A stretch of 62,694 nucleotides of DNA from Myxococcota bacterium (lineage in GTDB: Bacteria; Myxococcota_A; Polyangia; Fen-1088). The stretch spans positions 1-62,694 of the forward strand of contig JBKPRZ010000272.1 in assembly GCA_046734815.1 (NCBI GenBank), written 5' to 3'. This document shows positions 9,601 to 16,843 of the stretch, in pieces. The notes under the pieces were generated by a model. That model saw only the letters and a program-made list of their open reading frames with translations, was not told the DNA's origin and ran no database searches. A program made the position numbers and the translations under genes. How positions within the stretch are numbered: the stretch's first letter is position 1; each line of letters starts with the position of its first letter.

Positions 9601-11839
9601 CGGCGGCGCGGGTGAGCAGCTTGATCTGGGTGGCCGGATCACCGTTCCGCTCCGCCACCACCGTGAGCGCCTCGTACAGCTCGTCCCAGGCGCCGCGGTT
9701 CGCGTACAGCGTCTCGAGGGCGGCGAAGTTGCCGCTGCCAGCGTGGATCTCGCGCAGGGCGCGCAGCACCCGCGGGTTCTCCGGCTCGGCGACGTGCACC
9801 TTGCGCAGGGTGGCCTCCGCCGCGGCGGTGGCCCCCAGCTTGTCCATCAGCACGATGCCTCGCCGCTCGAGCAGCTCGCAGCCGGGGGGCGTGTCCTCGC
9901 CCGCCACCACCGCCTGCCGGCCCAGGATCTCGGCCAGCGCGGCCCAGCGCCCTTCCTTCTCGTAAAGCTTGGCCAGCGCGCCCAGGGCGGTGCTGTCGCG
10001 CGGGAGGATCTCCAGCACCTCGTTCTGCAGGGCGATGGCCTCTTTGGGGCTGTTCAGGCGCTCGGCGGCGATCTCGGCCATGATGGCCAGCTGGGCGGCG
10101 TGCTGCGCGCGCGGCAGCAGCTTCAGCTCCCGGCGCAAGAGGTCCAGCAGCGGACGCCAGGAGCGGCCGCGGTTGTAGATCTCCTTGAGCCGCCGACGCG
10201 CGCTCTCCTCGGCCGGTTCGAGCTCGAGGATCTTCTCCAGCGCGCCCACCGCGTTCTGCTGCTTGGCCAGCTTGTCGGTCCACAGCGCCGCCACCCGGTG
10301 GTACAGGCGCACCTTCTCGGCCTTGTCGCTGGCCACCGTCGCCTGCCGCTGCAGCACCTCGATCAGGTCGGCCCAGCGGCCGTGCGCCTCGTGGCGCTCG
10401 GCCAGCGCCTTCAGGGCCTCGGGATGGTCGGGCCGCAGCGCCAGAATGGCGGCGAAGGTGTTGGTCACCATCACGTCGAGCCGGAGCTTGTCCCGGTAGA
10501 TCGGGATCATCTCCAGGTAGCGGGCGATCTTGTCGTCGACCGCCTCCTTGGGCAGCGCCTCGAGGTCGTCCTTGAGCATCTCGAGAAGCGCGTTCCACTT
10601 CTCGGTCCTGGTGTAGAGGCGTCGCAGGGCCGCCACCGCCTCGGGCAGTCCCGGCTGCATGCGCAGCAGGCCCTTCCAGACGTCGATGGCTTTCTCCGCC
10701 GACTGCGGCCGCTGCTCGGCCAGCTGGGCCATCTCGATGCCGATGCGGATGCGCTTGTCCGGATCGGTCTCCGCCCGCTGCGACTGCGCCAGCAGCGCCA
10801 GCAGCTGCGGGGTCTCGCCCCGGCGGGTGTGGTAGTCCCGGTAGAACTCCATCAGGACGGGGTGGGTGGGCTCGGCCTTGCGGATGCGCCGGAAATACAG
10901 CTCCGCCTGCTCCAGGTTCTCCAGCTTGCGCCAGGTGACGGTGGCCAGCGGCACCAGCAGAGCCAGCTCGCCCTGCCCGCGCTTGGTCACCCGCAGCGCC
11001 GCCTCGTACACCTTGGCCAGCTCGGCCCAGTTCTCCTGCTGGGCCAGCGACGCCACCACCCGGTTGAGCGCGCGCGGCTCGGCGCCCGAGGCGGCCAGCG
11101 CCTTGCGGAAGTGCTCCAGCGCCTCGGCCTCCTCGCTCCGCTCGAGCGCCACCTCGCCGGCCAGCACCTCGGCCGAGGCCCGCTCGTCGTTGGTCAGGGC
11201 CGCCGCCACCCGCCGCTGGTACAGCTTGGCGAGATCGTCGATGCGGCCGCCCGCGCGGTACAGGCGCTCGAGCAGCAGCTCGGCCCGCTTCTGCCGGGGA
11301 TCGATCTCCAGCGCGCGGGCCAGCAGGATCTCGCCCTCGTTCGATTCGGGGCGGTACTTCAGGTAAAGCTCACCGGCGACGGCGAAGTGGGGCGCGGCGC
11401 CCGGCCGGGTTCCGCCGTCCTTGCCGTGCTTGACCCGGGTGAGCGCGGTCTTCTCCCACTCGGACTCCTCGTCCTGCAGCCGCCGCAGCAGCTCGCCGGC
11501 GGCGGTGTGGCCCTGCGCCAGGTCCAGCGCCTCGCGCAGGCATTCCACCGCCGGCTCGGCGCGGGCGAACTCGTGGAACAGCAGGCGCCCCTTGTCGGCG
11601 AGCAGATCGGCGCGGGCGCGCTTGTCGGTCGTGATCGCCAGCTCGCGGTCGATCAGCTCGAGGCACAGCTCGACGTTGCCTCGTTCGGCGTGGAAGGTGC
11701 GCGCGGCGGCCAGAGCCGCGGCCAGCTTCACCGCATCGACATCACCGGTCTCGGTGTGCCGGGTGATGGCGGCGCGCGCGTCCTTGTTCTGAGGGTCCAG
11801 CTCAAGCGTGGATAGGGCGGAAGAAACCTCGGTGTCCAT
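611..11839 (-). CDS. Giant TPR-like helical-repeat protein (about 3,742 aa; 3,756 aa if the GTG at 11881 is used)
   Basis: The track shows a single uninterrupted ORF at 611..11881. I prefer the in-frame ATG at 11839 (MDTEVSS..., with GAGGGAG about 14 nt upstream). The protein is Leu/Ala/Glu/Arg-rich with a recurring ~72-76-residue unit marked by (R/K/E)W..L..(L/I)L, for example EKWNALLEMLKDD, GRWADLIEVLQRQ, RSWRPLLDLLRRE and GRWAALAEILGRQ. The '..L..DP....AL..L..(L/I)Y' stretches are typical of paired TPR helices. I saw no signal peptide, TM segment or catalytic motif. Confidence 0.9.
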   Translation of the reverse strand: MDTEVSSALSTLELDPQNKDARAAITRHTETGDVDAVKLAAALAAARTFHAERGNVELCLELIDRELAITTDKRARADLLADKGRLLFHEFARAEPAVECLREALDLAQGHTAAGELLRRLQDEESEWEKTALTRVKHGKDGGTRPGAAPHFAVAGELYLKYRPESNEGEILLARALEIDPRQKRAELLLERLYRAGGRIDDLAKLYQRRVAAALTNDERASAEVLAGEVALERSEEAEALEHFRKALAASGAEPRALNRVVASLAQQENWAELAKVYEAALRVTKRGQGELALLVPLATVTWRKLENLEQAELYFRRIRKAEPTHPVLMEFYRDYHTRRGETPQLLALLAQSQRAETDPDKRIRIGIEMAQLAEQRPQSAEKAIDVWKGLLRMQPGLPEAVAALRRLYTRTEKWNALLEMLKDDLEALPKEAVDDKIARYLEMIPIYRDKLRLDVMVTNTFAAILALRPDHPEALKALAERHEAHGRWADLIEVLQRQATVASDKAEKVRLYHRVAALWTDKLAKQQNAVGALEKILELEPAEESARRRLKEIYNRGRSWRPLLDLLRRELKLLPRAQHAAQLAIMAEIAAERLNSPKEAIALQNEVLEILPRDSTALGALAKLYEKEGRWAALAEILGRQAVVAGEDTPPGCELLERRGIVLMDKLGATAAAEATLRKVHVAEPENPRVLRALREIHAGSGNFAALETLYANRGAWDELYEALTVVAERNGDPATQIKLLTRAAEVAESDLGQPERAIKAYEKILTLRPRSRATAWMLMRLYRETEKWGRLLSLYESVLEHTDEDSGADPDLSPLSLPERLTLLADARTVCEDKLGSRTVAFQWAARAYALAPTDTAVASDLERLARDADEWGAYAELLTRRLSAGIEGVQERVDVLRRMLRVYVTRLGRVEEARRCSEQILQILPDDEEAERALARILEERKEWPGLVEIWRRREGRFDDRSKKTELRFRIARAEEEELKDLPAAAQTLRSILVEDPRNAKALTALARVSETTGDMRTVAEIVRKQIDDRLTGDPIASILRLAQLYESALVEPDRARAAYIEALELDPVSPEAVSGLERLLEAKVIDDSAVSDVVTRLIPYYELKEEYKKWASALELLVERMSAEERLGHLRTLVDLHSGPLNDTRAAFLTALRIFELEPHDPSIRERLLAMAPEAQGIEDLLAALRRVLEGVDESGFRRELLAYQAEIDEKRPGGGAEAERVYLEILALDPLHFGAYRSLTRLYRDAERWNDLRRMLEVRQENLPEPKERLTLLWQIAEIDEALLEDRHHAIATLQQITEVDRQDLRAYRALEKHYAACEGWKDLEELLAREQALVPAEEASVLELRRAEILHKRLGETSRALDLLEELVTERPGNRDARVLLETMLALAPHRQRTAAILEPLYEQNGEWMKLVAVLEAQLESREGLAAATLLGRIAGLEEMRLGDDTAALKTWRRVLAIEPDAMSALAEVERLSTKLRKQAELIPLYEELATKNATSHVSAAAELLTRAAKLQVSLLGDREAAIRTWRRILDLDASNPDTVRPAADALEILYAQIAEFRGFVDILRMKADWATDDTERADILRRVAEIEEKSLGDLPAAVTTYRSLLDANDEDPATLAELERLHERLGQHRERIDIMRRQLDLATTSDSRRDIRFRMAVILERDLGDVDEAISTALAILDESADNVAALEMLASLYERKGAVPERLEVLERRLQLATATEARVDILRGMATLLEGPLGRPQDALDRWREALDLAPSDPLATERVEAHLPRRDDPLALVAAQILEPIYEKSGQWSKLTGLIDLYIATDEDPRERMNHRVRLARLQEQQLGKPSAALESYSAAILDGLGEPQLSDLLDNFERLSDQAGDSARRVVDLYRLIENDILDDNVRLRIARTLARRAEDLGDEPLATEWHRKVLERAPEDGDTLIALERLYRKADEKPALLDILHRRAELLREAPAAEAPLRLQVGALAVTLGRREEAVSAYERVLGLKPGDEEAYTALDRLYNESGQWHELCGLLDRQLARGLPSRDAVELQHRLAEIHLNELNDRAQAVVHISAALQLDQDHEPSIQRLEQLVADTDTQVAAADLLEPVYVRRSAWPRLVAIDELRLERSEDPARRLALTQRIARVYEEQIEDLEAAFRWYGRLFRETPLDRTAQEQLLRLAPKLDRWRDVADWFARYLEQEPSNSDEVLALVRLAAIVADERLGDREAARKHYRRYVEAQPGDAVACRLYETALERWEAWQELRDLHEEHAARIASPGDRIPYLRKSATLSAENLGDRARAAATLRSLLDIDPSDARTATDLEALLRADERWSDLRDHLMWMLEQVSEMGGDLNGIAFRLAEIEEQKLEDVDAAIERYGEILGRMPRHAAALGALERLLASSDHRARAARILEPHFRRTQEWRRLADVLEVVLETEDDSDKRAEVLIEVAGLEERLGRLDRALDARGRAWLEDVSSTRNLAALEPLAASGRLYQPLVEVLTRGTERANDSALAAALWSMIASVREARLADAPGAIEAWRSAITARPDDEEAFVALERLLAQAGRQNELAEVLEQHLEIVSDTDRRKALTKRMAVLFEDALKNPTKAIDGWRGVLDIDDSDEEALDALARLYVASGQWRSLVDIYQRKIELSRDPQSLRYLRFLSARVYEEKLEEPHEAASQLRSVLDANPGDPDALAMLDRIFTREQQHIELLEVLDQRAAGARGPEQDALAFRAAELVETLGDTSGAIARYRDILIRSAGHEGSREALWRIARQEAFRLQAVAALEPVLRGLHEWAQLVELLELRLEVEETPGVRIEILTEIARIREKEQGDARLAFEAWSAAFAEDPSEIGPRDALNRLAAASGDYARLAEVYEAQLSGGIDPELEQVLAWQVAGLYEERLDNASRAADFLRRIASVPGQEASALARLEVLLTKLGRWKDLEEVLEREVDVTHDNTQQATLLANLGELRLTRLEDREGAVQAFRDALMRLPTHPKALASLRDLLSDQQLRSEVVDILEPLAESRGDNAELASLYQVRVALESGGPERAMWWRRVAEVAETKLNDHQRALEALGASLKEDPSVPDTAEALERVAMGLKQPIAAARAMEAALEQQSGGGLVELSLRAAALYEKAATAKNAYHAEAERLYRRVLDEEAENGRALEALEGLYRARSQNDKLAKVLEQRGAVEMDAERRRALYAEAARLFERLGSTEAATTAWQAIRENDQGNTEALDELARLLEQQGNTAQLVAVLEDRARVSDVREERASLFFRIGELRRGPLQDTDGAAAAFREVLDISPGDRSALSALAALEESRGDFSALEEVLLRRLSVAEGAERVDALLALARNAEERLTDIDRAISYLHQILESDPGNRAANERLTRLLEQNERWYDLIELHERRATVEGAKDPEVELASRLAIADVWSRRLGDRQSARDSIDRVLARKADHGAALLALAGLHEQDERWAEAADALEKAARSAGTARQKAEVHFRRSRVLAAQGAAETEIEAALRAALDADPDHPDAAKGAEERARQQGDSARLVKLLEQRLKQTPAAERKALLSEIAALYRGPLGAADRAVAALTELAAQDPADAQVQEELAAALGSAGRTDEAEKILLGLADKLGKAKQNRALARVQRALGGLAERRGDSAKALERFEAAYQLDPAQPAVVASLGRLALSQGNSEKARRYFRALLLQSFDEKAAGITKAEVYLALGRLHLAANEIPKARNLFERGLETDPKNQDLRQALASLPK

Positions 11840-12022
11840 AGTCTGGCGATCCACTCCCTCGGGCCGGCCGCAGCGAACCACCCGGCCAGGCGGCGAAAAA
11901 CCCCATCGACTATAGACCTTCCGATAATCGATTCAAATCACGACTTTGAGCGATTGGCACCCGGGTCGTCGCCTGGTATGAGTGGCCGAGGGGTCGCGCC
12001 CCCGCCCCGGGAGGAACGGACA

Positions 12023-13033
12023 ATGGAACGCGTTTGGGAATCCAGCCTGGCCACCTGTTCCCGCCTCACCCTGGGGCTGGTCGCGCTCGCGCTGGCCCTG
12101 GGGGGCTGCGACAGCGACAAGCCGTCCGCTCCCCCACCCTGCTGCCAGCAGGCGGACATCCCCACCGGTGTGACGCCCTTCAAGATCGTGGCCGACGAGG
12201 TCTCCGGGCAGTCCGACGCGCAAAAGGTGCTGATACGCGCGGCCGCCCTGCGGCCCATCAAGCGCGACGAGGTCTACCCGGTGCTCCACACCCTGTACCG
12301 CCACGCCATGAAGCGCGGGCCCTTCGAGCCGATCCAGTTCAGCGCCGAGCTGTACCCGAACGAGGCGGCAGCGACGGCCGGAGGCGACGCGCAAGTCATC
12401 GCCCGGATTTCACGCGAGCAGTCGCAAATCGCGCCTCGCTGTGACAACCGGGTCCTCTACGACTTCAACGAGCAGGTGGACCGCGCCTTCGCCGCCAGCC
12501 TCGGGCGGGCACCGGAAGAGAACGCCGACGACACCTGCCGCCTCGACCCGCCCAAGGTCGCCGCTCGCTTCGACGACACGTTCAGACACAAACCCACCAT
12601 GCGGGTTGACACGAAACGGCAGGCGGTCGACGTCACCTTCCCGTATCTCGAGATGGGCAAGGACGAATATGTCGACTCGCTCCGCCTGACGTCGGCGATG
12701 GGTTACTGGATCGAGTTCGTCACCAGCCTGTTTCGCAAGGTGCCCGACCTGAAGGAAGTAGATTACGCGGGCCTGCACGACGATGCGCCGGTGCTGAAGA
12801 TCGCCGTCACCCGTGAGCAGTTCGAGCGCAACTTCGGTGGGCTGCAGGAGAACATCGCCGCCCACGCCGCGGTCACCTTCCAGACCCTGGGCATGGGGCG
12901 CTCGTCGGACAAGGCGGCCGAGAAGGAACAGGAGACGTTCAAGCTGAAGACGTACAAGGACGCGCTGGCGCTGCTGCCGAAGGCGCAGGTCACCATCTCG
13001 CCGAAGCTGATGAAGGGCGACAAGCGCAAGTGA
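12023..13033 (+). CDS. Lipoprotein of unknown function (336 aa)
   Basis: This is the in-frame ATG within ORF 11954..13033, preceded by GGGAGGAA. The N-terminus MERVWESSLATCSRLTLGLVALALALGGC carries a lipobox (L-G-G-C). The stop overlaps the GTG start of the next gene (GTGA at 13030-13033). Confidence 0.7.
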   Translation: MERVWESSLATCSRLTLGLVALALALGGCDSDKPSAPPPCCQQADIPTGVTPFKIVADEVSGQSDAQKVLIRAAALRPIKRDEVYPVLHTLYRHAMKRGPFEPIQFSAELYPNEAAATAGGDAQVIARISREQSQIAPRCDNRVLYDFNEQVDRAFAASLGRAPEENADDTCRLDPPKVAARFDDTFRHKPTMRVDTKRQAVDVTFPYLEMGKDEYVDSLRLTSAMGYWIEFVTSLFRKVPDLKEVDYAGLHDDAPVLKIAVTREQFERNFGGLQENIAAHAAVTFQTLGMGRSSDKAAEKEQETFKLKTYKDALALLPKAQVTISPKLMKGDKRK

Positions 13034-13929
13034 GCCGCCAGAGCCCCAACTTCCGCGTCGGCCTGGTGCAGATGCGGATGACCGACGACCCCCAGGACAA
13101 CCTGGACCGCGCGGTGAAGAAGGTGCAGGAGGCGGCGGCTGCCGGCGCAGAGGTGGTCTGCCTGCCGGAGCTGTACCGGTCGCCCTACTTCTGCCAGCGC
13201 GAGGACCCCGAGCTGTTCGACCTGGCCGAGCCGGTGCCGGGACCCAGCACCGAGGCGATGGTGGAGGCGGCCCGGCGGGCCAAGGTGGGCGTGCTGGTGC
13301 CCATCTTCGAGCGGCGGGCGCCCGGCCTTTACCACAACAGCGTGGTGGTCATCGACCGCGGCGGCGAGATGCGCGGCACCTACCGCAAGATGCACATCCC
13401 CGACGATCCGGCCTTCTACGAGAAGTATTACTTCGCGCCGGGCGACCTCGGCTTTCGCACCTTCGACCTGCAGGCCGGCCGGGTGGGCACGTTGATCTGC
13501 TGGGACCAGTGGTATCCGGAGGGCGCGCGCCTGACCGCGCTGCAGGGGGCGGGGGTGCTGTTCTATCCGACGGCGATCGGCTGGCACCCGCACGAGAAGC
13601 AGCAGCACGGCCCCGCCCAGCGGGACGCCTGGAAGACCATCCAGCGCAGCCACGCCATCGCCAACGGGGTGTACGTGGCGGCGGTCAACCGGGTGGGACA
13701 CGAGCCGGGGGCCGCCGGCGCGGCCGGGCTGGAGTTCTGGGGGACCAGCTTCCTCTGCGATCCGTTCGGGATCGTGCTGGCGGAGGCTTCGGTCGACCGG
13801 GAGGAGATCCTGGTCGGCGAGATCGATTTTCAGCGGATCGAGGAGGTGCGGCGCAACTGGCCGTTCCTGCGCGACCGGCGCATCGACGCCTACCGGGGGA
13901 TCGAGGAGCGCTTCCTCGACCGCCGCTGA
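13030..13929 (+). CDS. aguB: N-carbamoylputrescine amidase (carbon-nitrogen hydrolase family)
   Basis: The 299-aa protein has nitrilase-superfamily Glu/Lys/Cys contexts: CLPELY, YRKMHIPDDPAFYEKYYFAPGD and LICWDQWYPEGAR..YPTAIGW. These are typical of N-carbamoylputrescine amidases. It lies immediately upstream of an agmatine deiminase. Confidence 0.85.
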   Translation: MSRQSPNFRVGLVQMRMTDDPQDNLDRAVKKVQEAAAAGAEVVCLPELYRSPYFCQREDPELFDLAEPVPGPSTEAMVEAARRAKVGVLVPIFERRAPGLYHNSVVVIDRGGEMRGTYRKMHIPDDPAFYEKYYFAPGDLGFRTFDLQAGRVGTLICWDQWYPEGARLTALQGAGVLFYPTAIGWHPHEKQQHGPAQRDAWKTIQRSHAIANGVYVAAVNRVGHEPGAAGAAGLEFWGTSFLCDPFGIVLAEASVDREEILVGEIDFQRIEEVRRNWPFLRDRRIDAYRGIEERFLDRR

Positions 13930-13940
13930 GCGGGACCGAC

Positions 13941-15020
13941 GTGCGGGCCGGACCAGCGCGCGAACGGGCGGCGGAGCAGCCGGCGGCGAACGCGCGCATG
14001 CCGGCCGAGTGGACGCCGCACGCGGCCACCTGGCTGGCCTTCCCCCACAACACCTCGGACTGGCCGGGCCGCTTCGGGCCCATCCCCTGGGTCTACGGCG
14101 ACATCATCAAGAAGGTGACCGCCGGCGAGCGGCTGGAGCTGCTGGTCGACGATGCCGCCCACGAGCGCAAGGCGCGCCTGGTGCTGCAGAAAATGGGGGT
14201 CGATCCGAAGCGGGTGGCCTTCCGTCGGTTCCCCACCGACCGGGTCTGGACGCGTGACTATGGTCCCATCTTCGTGGTGGACGACGGCGGCGTGTCCATC
14301 GCGCGCTTCCGGTTCAGCGGCTGGGCCAAGTACCCCGACTGGAAGCGGGACGTCCGCGTGCCCGAGCGGGCGGCGGTCGCGCTGAAGCTGCCCCTGCGGC
14401 CGGTGCGCCACCGCGATCGCGACGTGGTCCTGGAGGGCGGCTCCATCGACGTCAACGGGGCCGGGACCTTGCTGACCACCGAGGAGTGCCTGCTGGACCC
14501 CGAGGTACAGGTGCGCAACCCCGGGTTCTCGCGATCGGACTACGAGGCGGTGTTCCGCGACGCTCTCGGGATCACGAACACCATCTGGCTGGGCAAGGGG
14601 ATCGCCGGCGACGACACCCACGGGCACGTGGACGATCTGGCCCGCTTCGTCGATGAACGGACCATCGTCCTGTGCCAGGAGGACGACGGCGGCGACGCCA
14701 ACCACGCCCCGCTGGCGGAGAACCGCGAACGCCTCCAGTCCGTCCGCCTGGCCGACGGCACCCGCCCGGAGGTGGTGGCGCTGCCCATGCCGGCGCCGGT
14801 GGTGTTCGCCGGCCAGCGGCTGCCGGCCAGCTACGCGAACTTCTATTTCACCAACGCGGCCCTCCTGGTACCCACCTTCAACGACCCGAACGATCGTCTG
14901 GCCCTGGGCATTCTGGCCGAGCTGGTCCGCGACCGACCGGTGATCGGCATCCACGCCCTGGACCTGGTCTGGGGCCTGGGCACCCTCCACTGCATGAGCC
15001 AGCAGCAGCCGGCCGCGTAG
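13941..15020 (+). CDS. aguA: Agmatine deiminase (peptidyl-arginine deiminase-like)
   Basis: The in-frame part of ORF 13509..15020 contains MPAEWTPHAATWLAFPHNTSDWPG, WTRDYGP, EGGSIDVNG.GTLLTTEECLL, DDTHGHVDD and the C-terminal GTLHCMSQQQP with the catalytic Cys. The start is ambiguous: GTG 13941 lies 11 nt after the aguB stop, and ATG 13998 is the alternative. Confidence 0.85.
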   Translation: MRAGPARERAAEQPAANARMPAEWTPHAATWLAFPHNTSDWPGRFGPIPWVYGDIIKKVTAGERLELLVDDAAHERKARLVLQKMGVDPKRVAFRRFPTDRVWTRDYGPIFVVDDGGVSIARFRFSGWAKYPDWKRDVRVPERAAVALKLPLRPVRHRDRDVVLEGGSIDVNGAGTLLTTEECLLDPEVQVRNPGFSRSDYEAVFRDALGITNTIWLGKGIAGDDTHGHVDDLARFVDERTIVLCQEDDGGDANHAPLAENRERLQSVRLADGTRPEVVALPMPAPVVFAGQRLPASYANFYFTNAALLVPTFNDPNDRLALGILAELVRDRPVIGIHALDLVWGLGTLHCMSQQQPAA

Positions 15021-15044
15021 CGAGGCGAGTGGCGCGGATCAACG

Positions 15045-16775
15045 TCAGGGGTTGACGGCGGTCTTGCCGGCGGCCGCGCGCGCCTCGGCCAGCAGCCGCT
15101 CGGCGGTGACGAAGCGGGGCTCGATGTCCACGGGGACATTGACGGACCGGTCCAGCACGGCCTGCACGGGCGGGCGCACCACCGCACGGTCGCGCAGCAG
15201 GGCCAGGGCGCGGGTGCGGTCGCCGGTGGCCTGGATGGTCATCAGCTCGGTGGTGAGTTTCTTGACGGCGTCCTTGATCTTCGCCGGGTCGACCGAGAAC
15301 GTGCCGTTCTTCGCGACCTTGAAGGCGCCCGCGTCCAGCAGGCTGTTCAGCTGGATGGCGATGCCCTTGGCGTGCGCCTCGGTCAGGCCGAAGCGGATGG
15401 TGCGGAAACAGCTGGCCAGGAAGGTTGTGTACATGGTGCGCTCGAAGGACTTGTCGATCACGCCCTTGTCCACCAGGTGTTGCAGCGCGAACAGACCGCC
15501 GATGTCGGCCTTGGCCTCCTCGAGCGCGCTGTAGGTCTCCTGCAGGGCGGCCCGCACGGTGGCGTTGTTGCCGCCGGCCACCTCGTGCGGCCCCAGGCCG
15601 TGCACCAGCTCGTGCATCAGGATGTGGGTGAAGAAGGCGTCGAAGGCCACGTTCTTCTGATCGGCGGGGGCCAGGGCCTGCCGGCTCAGCGGCACCAGCA
15701 CCTTGGCGAACTTCGCCTCCTGCATGTTCTTGAGCATGATCCGCTTGGTGCCCATCTCCCGGGCGATCCGCTCGTCGTTGGGCAGGTTGAAGGCGGCCGT
15801 CTGCACGCCCCGGTTGCCGTCGCCCGAGCTGAACAGGCTGTTGACCACCCGGATGGGCGCCAGCGCCCCCAGCTTCGGGTTGCGCCACTTCGGATCGATG
15901 GGCAGGTTGTTCTCGATCTCCTGCAGCTCACCGGCGAACTTCGCCAGCTTGGCGGTCTCGGCGTCGTCCCGTACGGTCACGAACGCCTCGAAGGCGGCCT
16001 TGGCGCTGAACCAGCCGTCCTCGTACACCTCGTACGGGCCGATGGTCGGCTCGATGCTGGCGTCGAGCTTCATCCAGGCCACGTCGCTGTCGTAATAGTC
16101 GTTGCTCAGGAAGGCTGCCGCCCGCTTCTCGAGGAAGGCGCGCAGGGTGGGCTGGGTGGTGGTGGTGGCGGCCTGCCGCAGCAGCGCGGCCGCCTGCTCG
16201 AGCTCGGGCTGATACTCCACGCTGTAGGGCACCGGATGCAGGCGGCCGCTGAGCGTCCGCCGGATGGTGGTGAAGAAGCCGCCGGCCAGCGCCTGCTCGG
16301 CCGCGGGCAGGTTCTTCATCCAGGACTCCACCTCGGCCTTGGTCGCGCCGGCCGGGTAAAAGCCGGCCGCCGGCGGCTTGGGTCCGATGCCGGGAAGGAA
16401 GGGCTGCTCCTCGTCCAGCCGCAACCAGGGGCCCTTGTTCTGCAAAAAGGCGTGCAGGCGGGCGCGCCCCAGGGTGGACGTGTCGTCGGCCAGGTCCAGC
16501 AGCAAGGTCTGGTTGCCGGGCCAGACCTGCCGCAGATACAGGACGTCTACAATCCGGGCCGCCTCGATCAGCCGGGCCAGGACGGCGCGCTCGGAGGCGG
16601 GCAGCCGGGCCACGTCGACCGCCACGTCCACCGGCGCCAGACGGGCCGACAGCCGGTTCAGGGCGGAGGCATCGGGGGCCGCCGGCGGGGTCTTGGCGGC
16701 GACGCTCCTGGCGGCGAGGTTGCCGGCGGCCAGAGCGAGCACCAGGACTGCAAGGTTGATCCGCATGGGACTCAT
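15045..16775 (-). CDS. Secreted zinc metallopeptidase-like protein (dipeptidyl-peptidase 3 / M49-like family)
   Basis: The 576-aa protein has a Sec-type signal MSPMRINLAVLVLALAAGNLAARSVAA. It carries an HExxH-type motif in the context FFTHILMHELVHGLGPH, as in DPP3-like hydrolases. GAAAGG lies upstream of the ATG. Confidence 0.6.
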   Translation of the reverse strand: MSPMRINLAVLVLALAAGNLAARSVAAKTPPAAPDASALNRLSARLAPVDVAVDVARLPASERAVLARLIEAARIVDVLYLRQVWPGNQTLLLDLADDTSTLGRARLHAFLQNKGPWLRLDEEQPFLPGIGPKPPAAGFYPAGATKAEVESWMKNLPAAEQALAGGFFTTIRRTLSGRLHPVPYSVEYQPELEQAAALLRQAATTTTQPTLRAFLEKRAAAFLSNDYYDSDVAWMKLDASIEPTIGPYEVYEDGWFSAKAAFEAFVTVRDDAETAKLAKFAGELQEIENNLPIDPKWRNPKLGALAPIRVVNSLFSSGDGNRGVQTAAFNLPNDERIAREMGTKRIMLKNMQEAKFAKVLVPLSRQALAPADQKNVAFDAFFTHILMHELVHGLGPHEVAGGNNATVRAALQETYSALEEAKADIGGLFALQHLVDKGVIDKSFERTMYTTFLASCFRTIRFGLTEAHAKGIAIQLNSLLDAGAFKVAKNGTFSVDPAKIKDAVKKLTTELMTIQATGDRTRALALLRDRAVVRPPVQAVLDRSVNVPVDIEPRFVTAERLLAEARAAAGKTAVNP

Positions 16776-16843
16776 TGTGCCACGGGCCTTTCGCGTCGGG
16801 TTCGTCTTGCAACCGCCGTCGGAGAACGCAAGATCGGGTCGAC

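Noticed and set aside
719-11815. A 3,698-codon plus-strand ORF antisense to the giant TPR gene.
   Set aside because: It is a shadow ORF of a GC3-saturated gene. The translation is dominated by G/A/R/L/Q/P/V runs (LGQ.., QQL.., GGR..) with no TPR periodicity, no start context and no recognisable domain. The minus-strand frame gives a coherent helical-repeat protein.
11955-11969. A sigma-54-like TGGCAC motif upstream of the lipoprotein-aguBA operon.
   Set aside because: The -24 half (TGGCAC) is present, but the -12 position reads TCGT instead of TTGC and lacks the essential GC. That is too weak to call.
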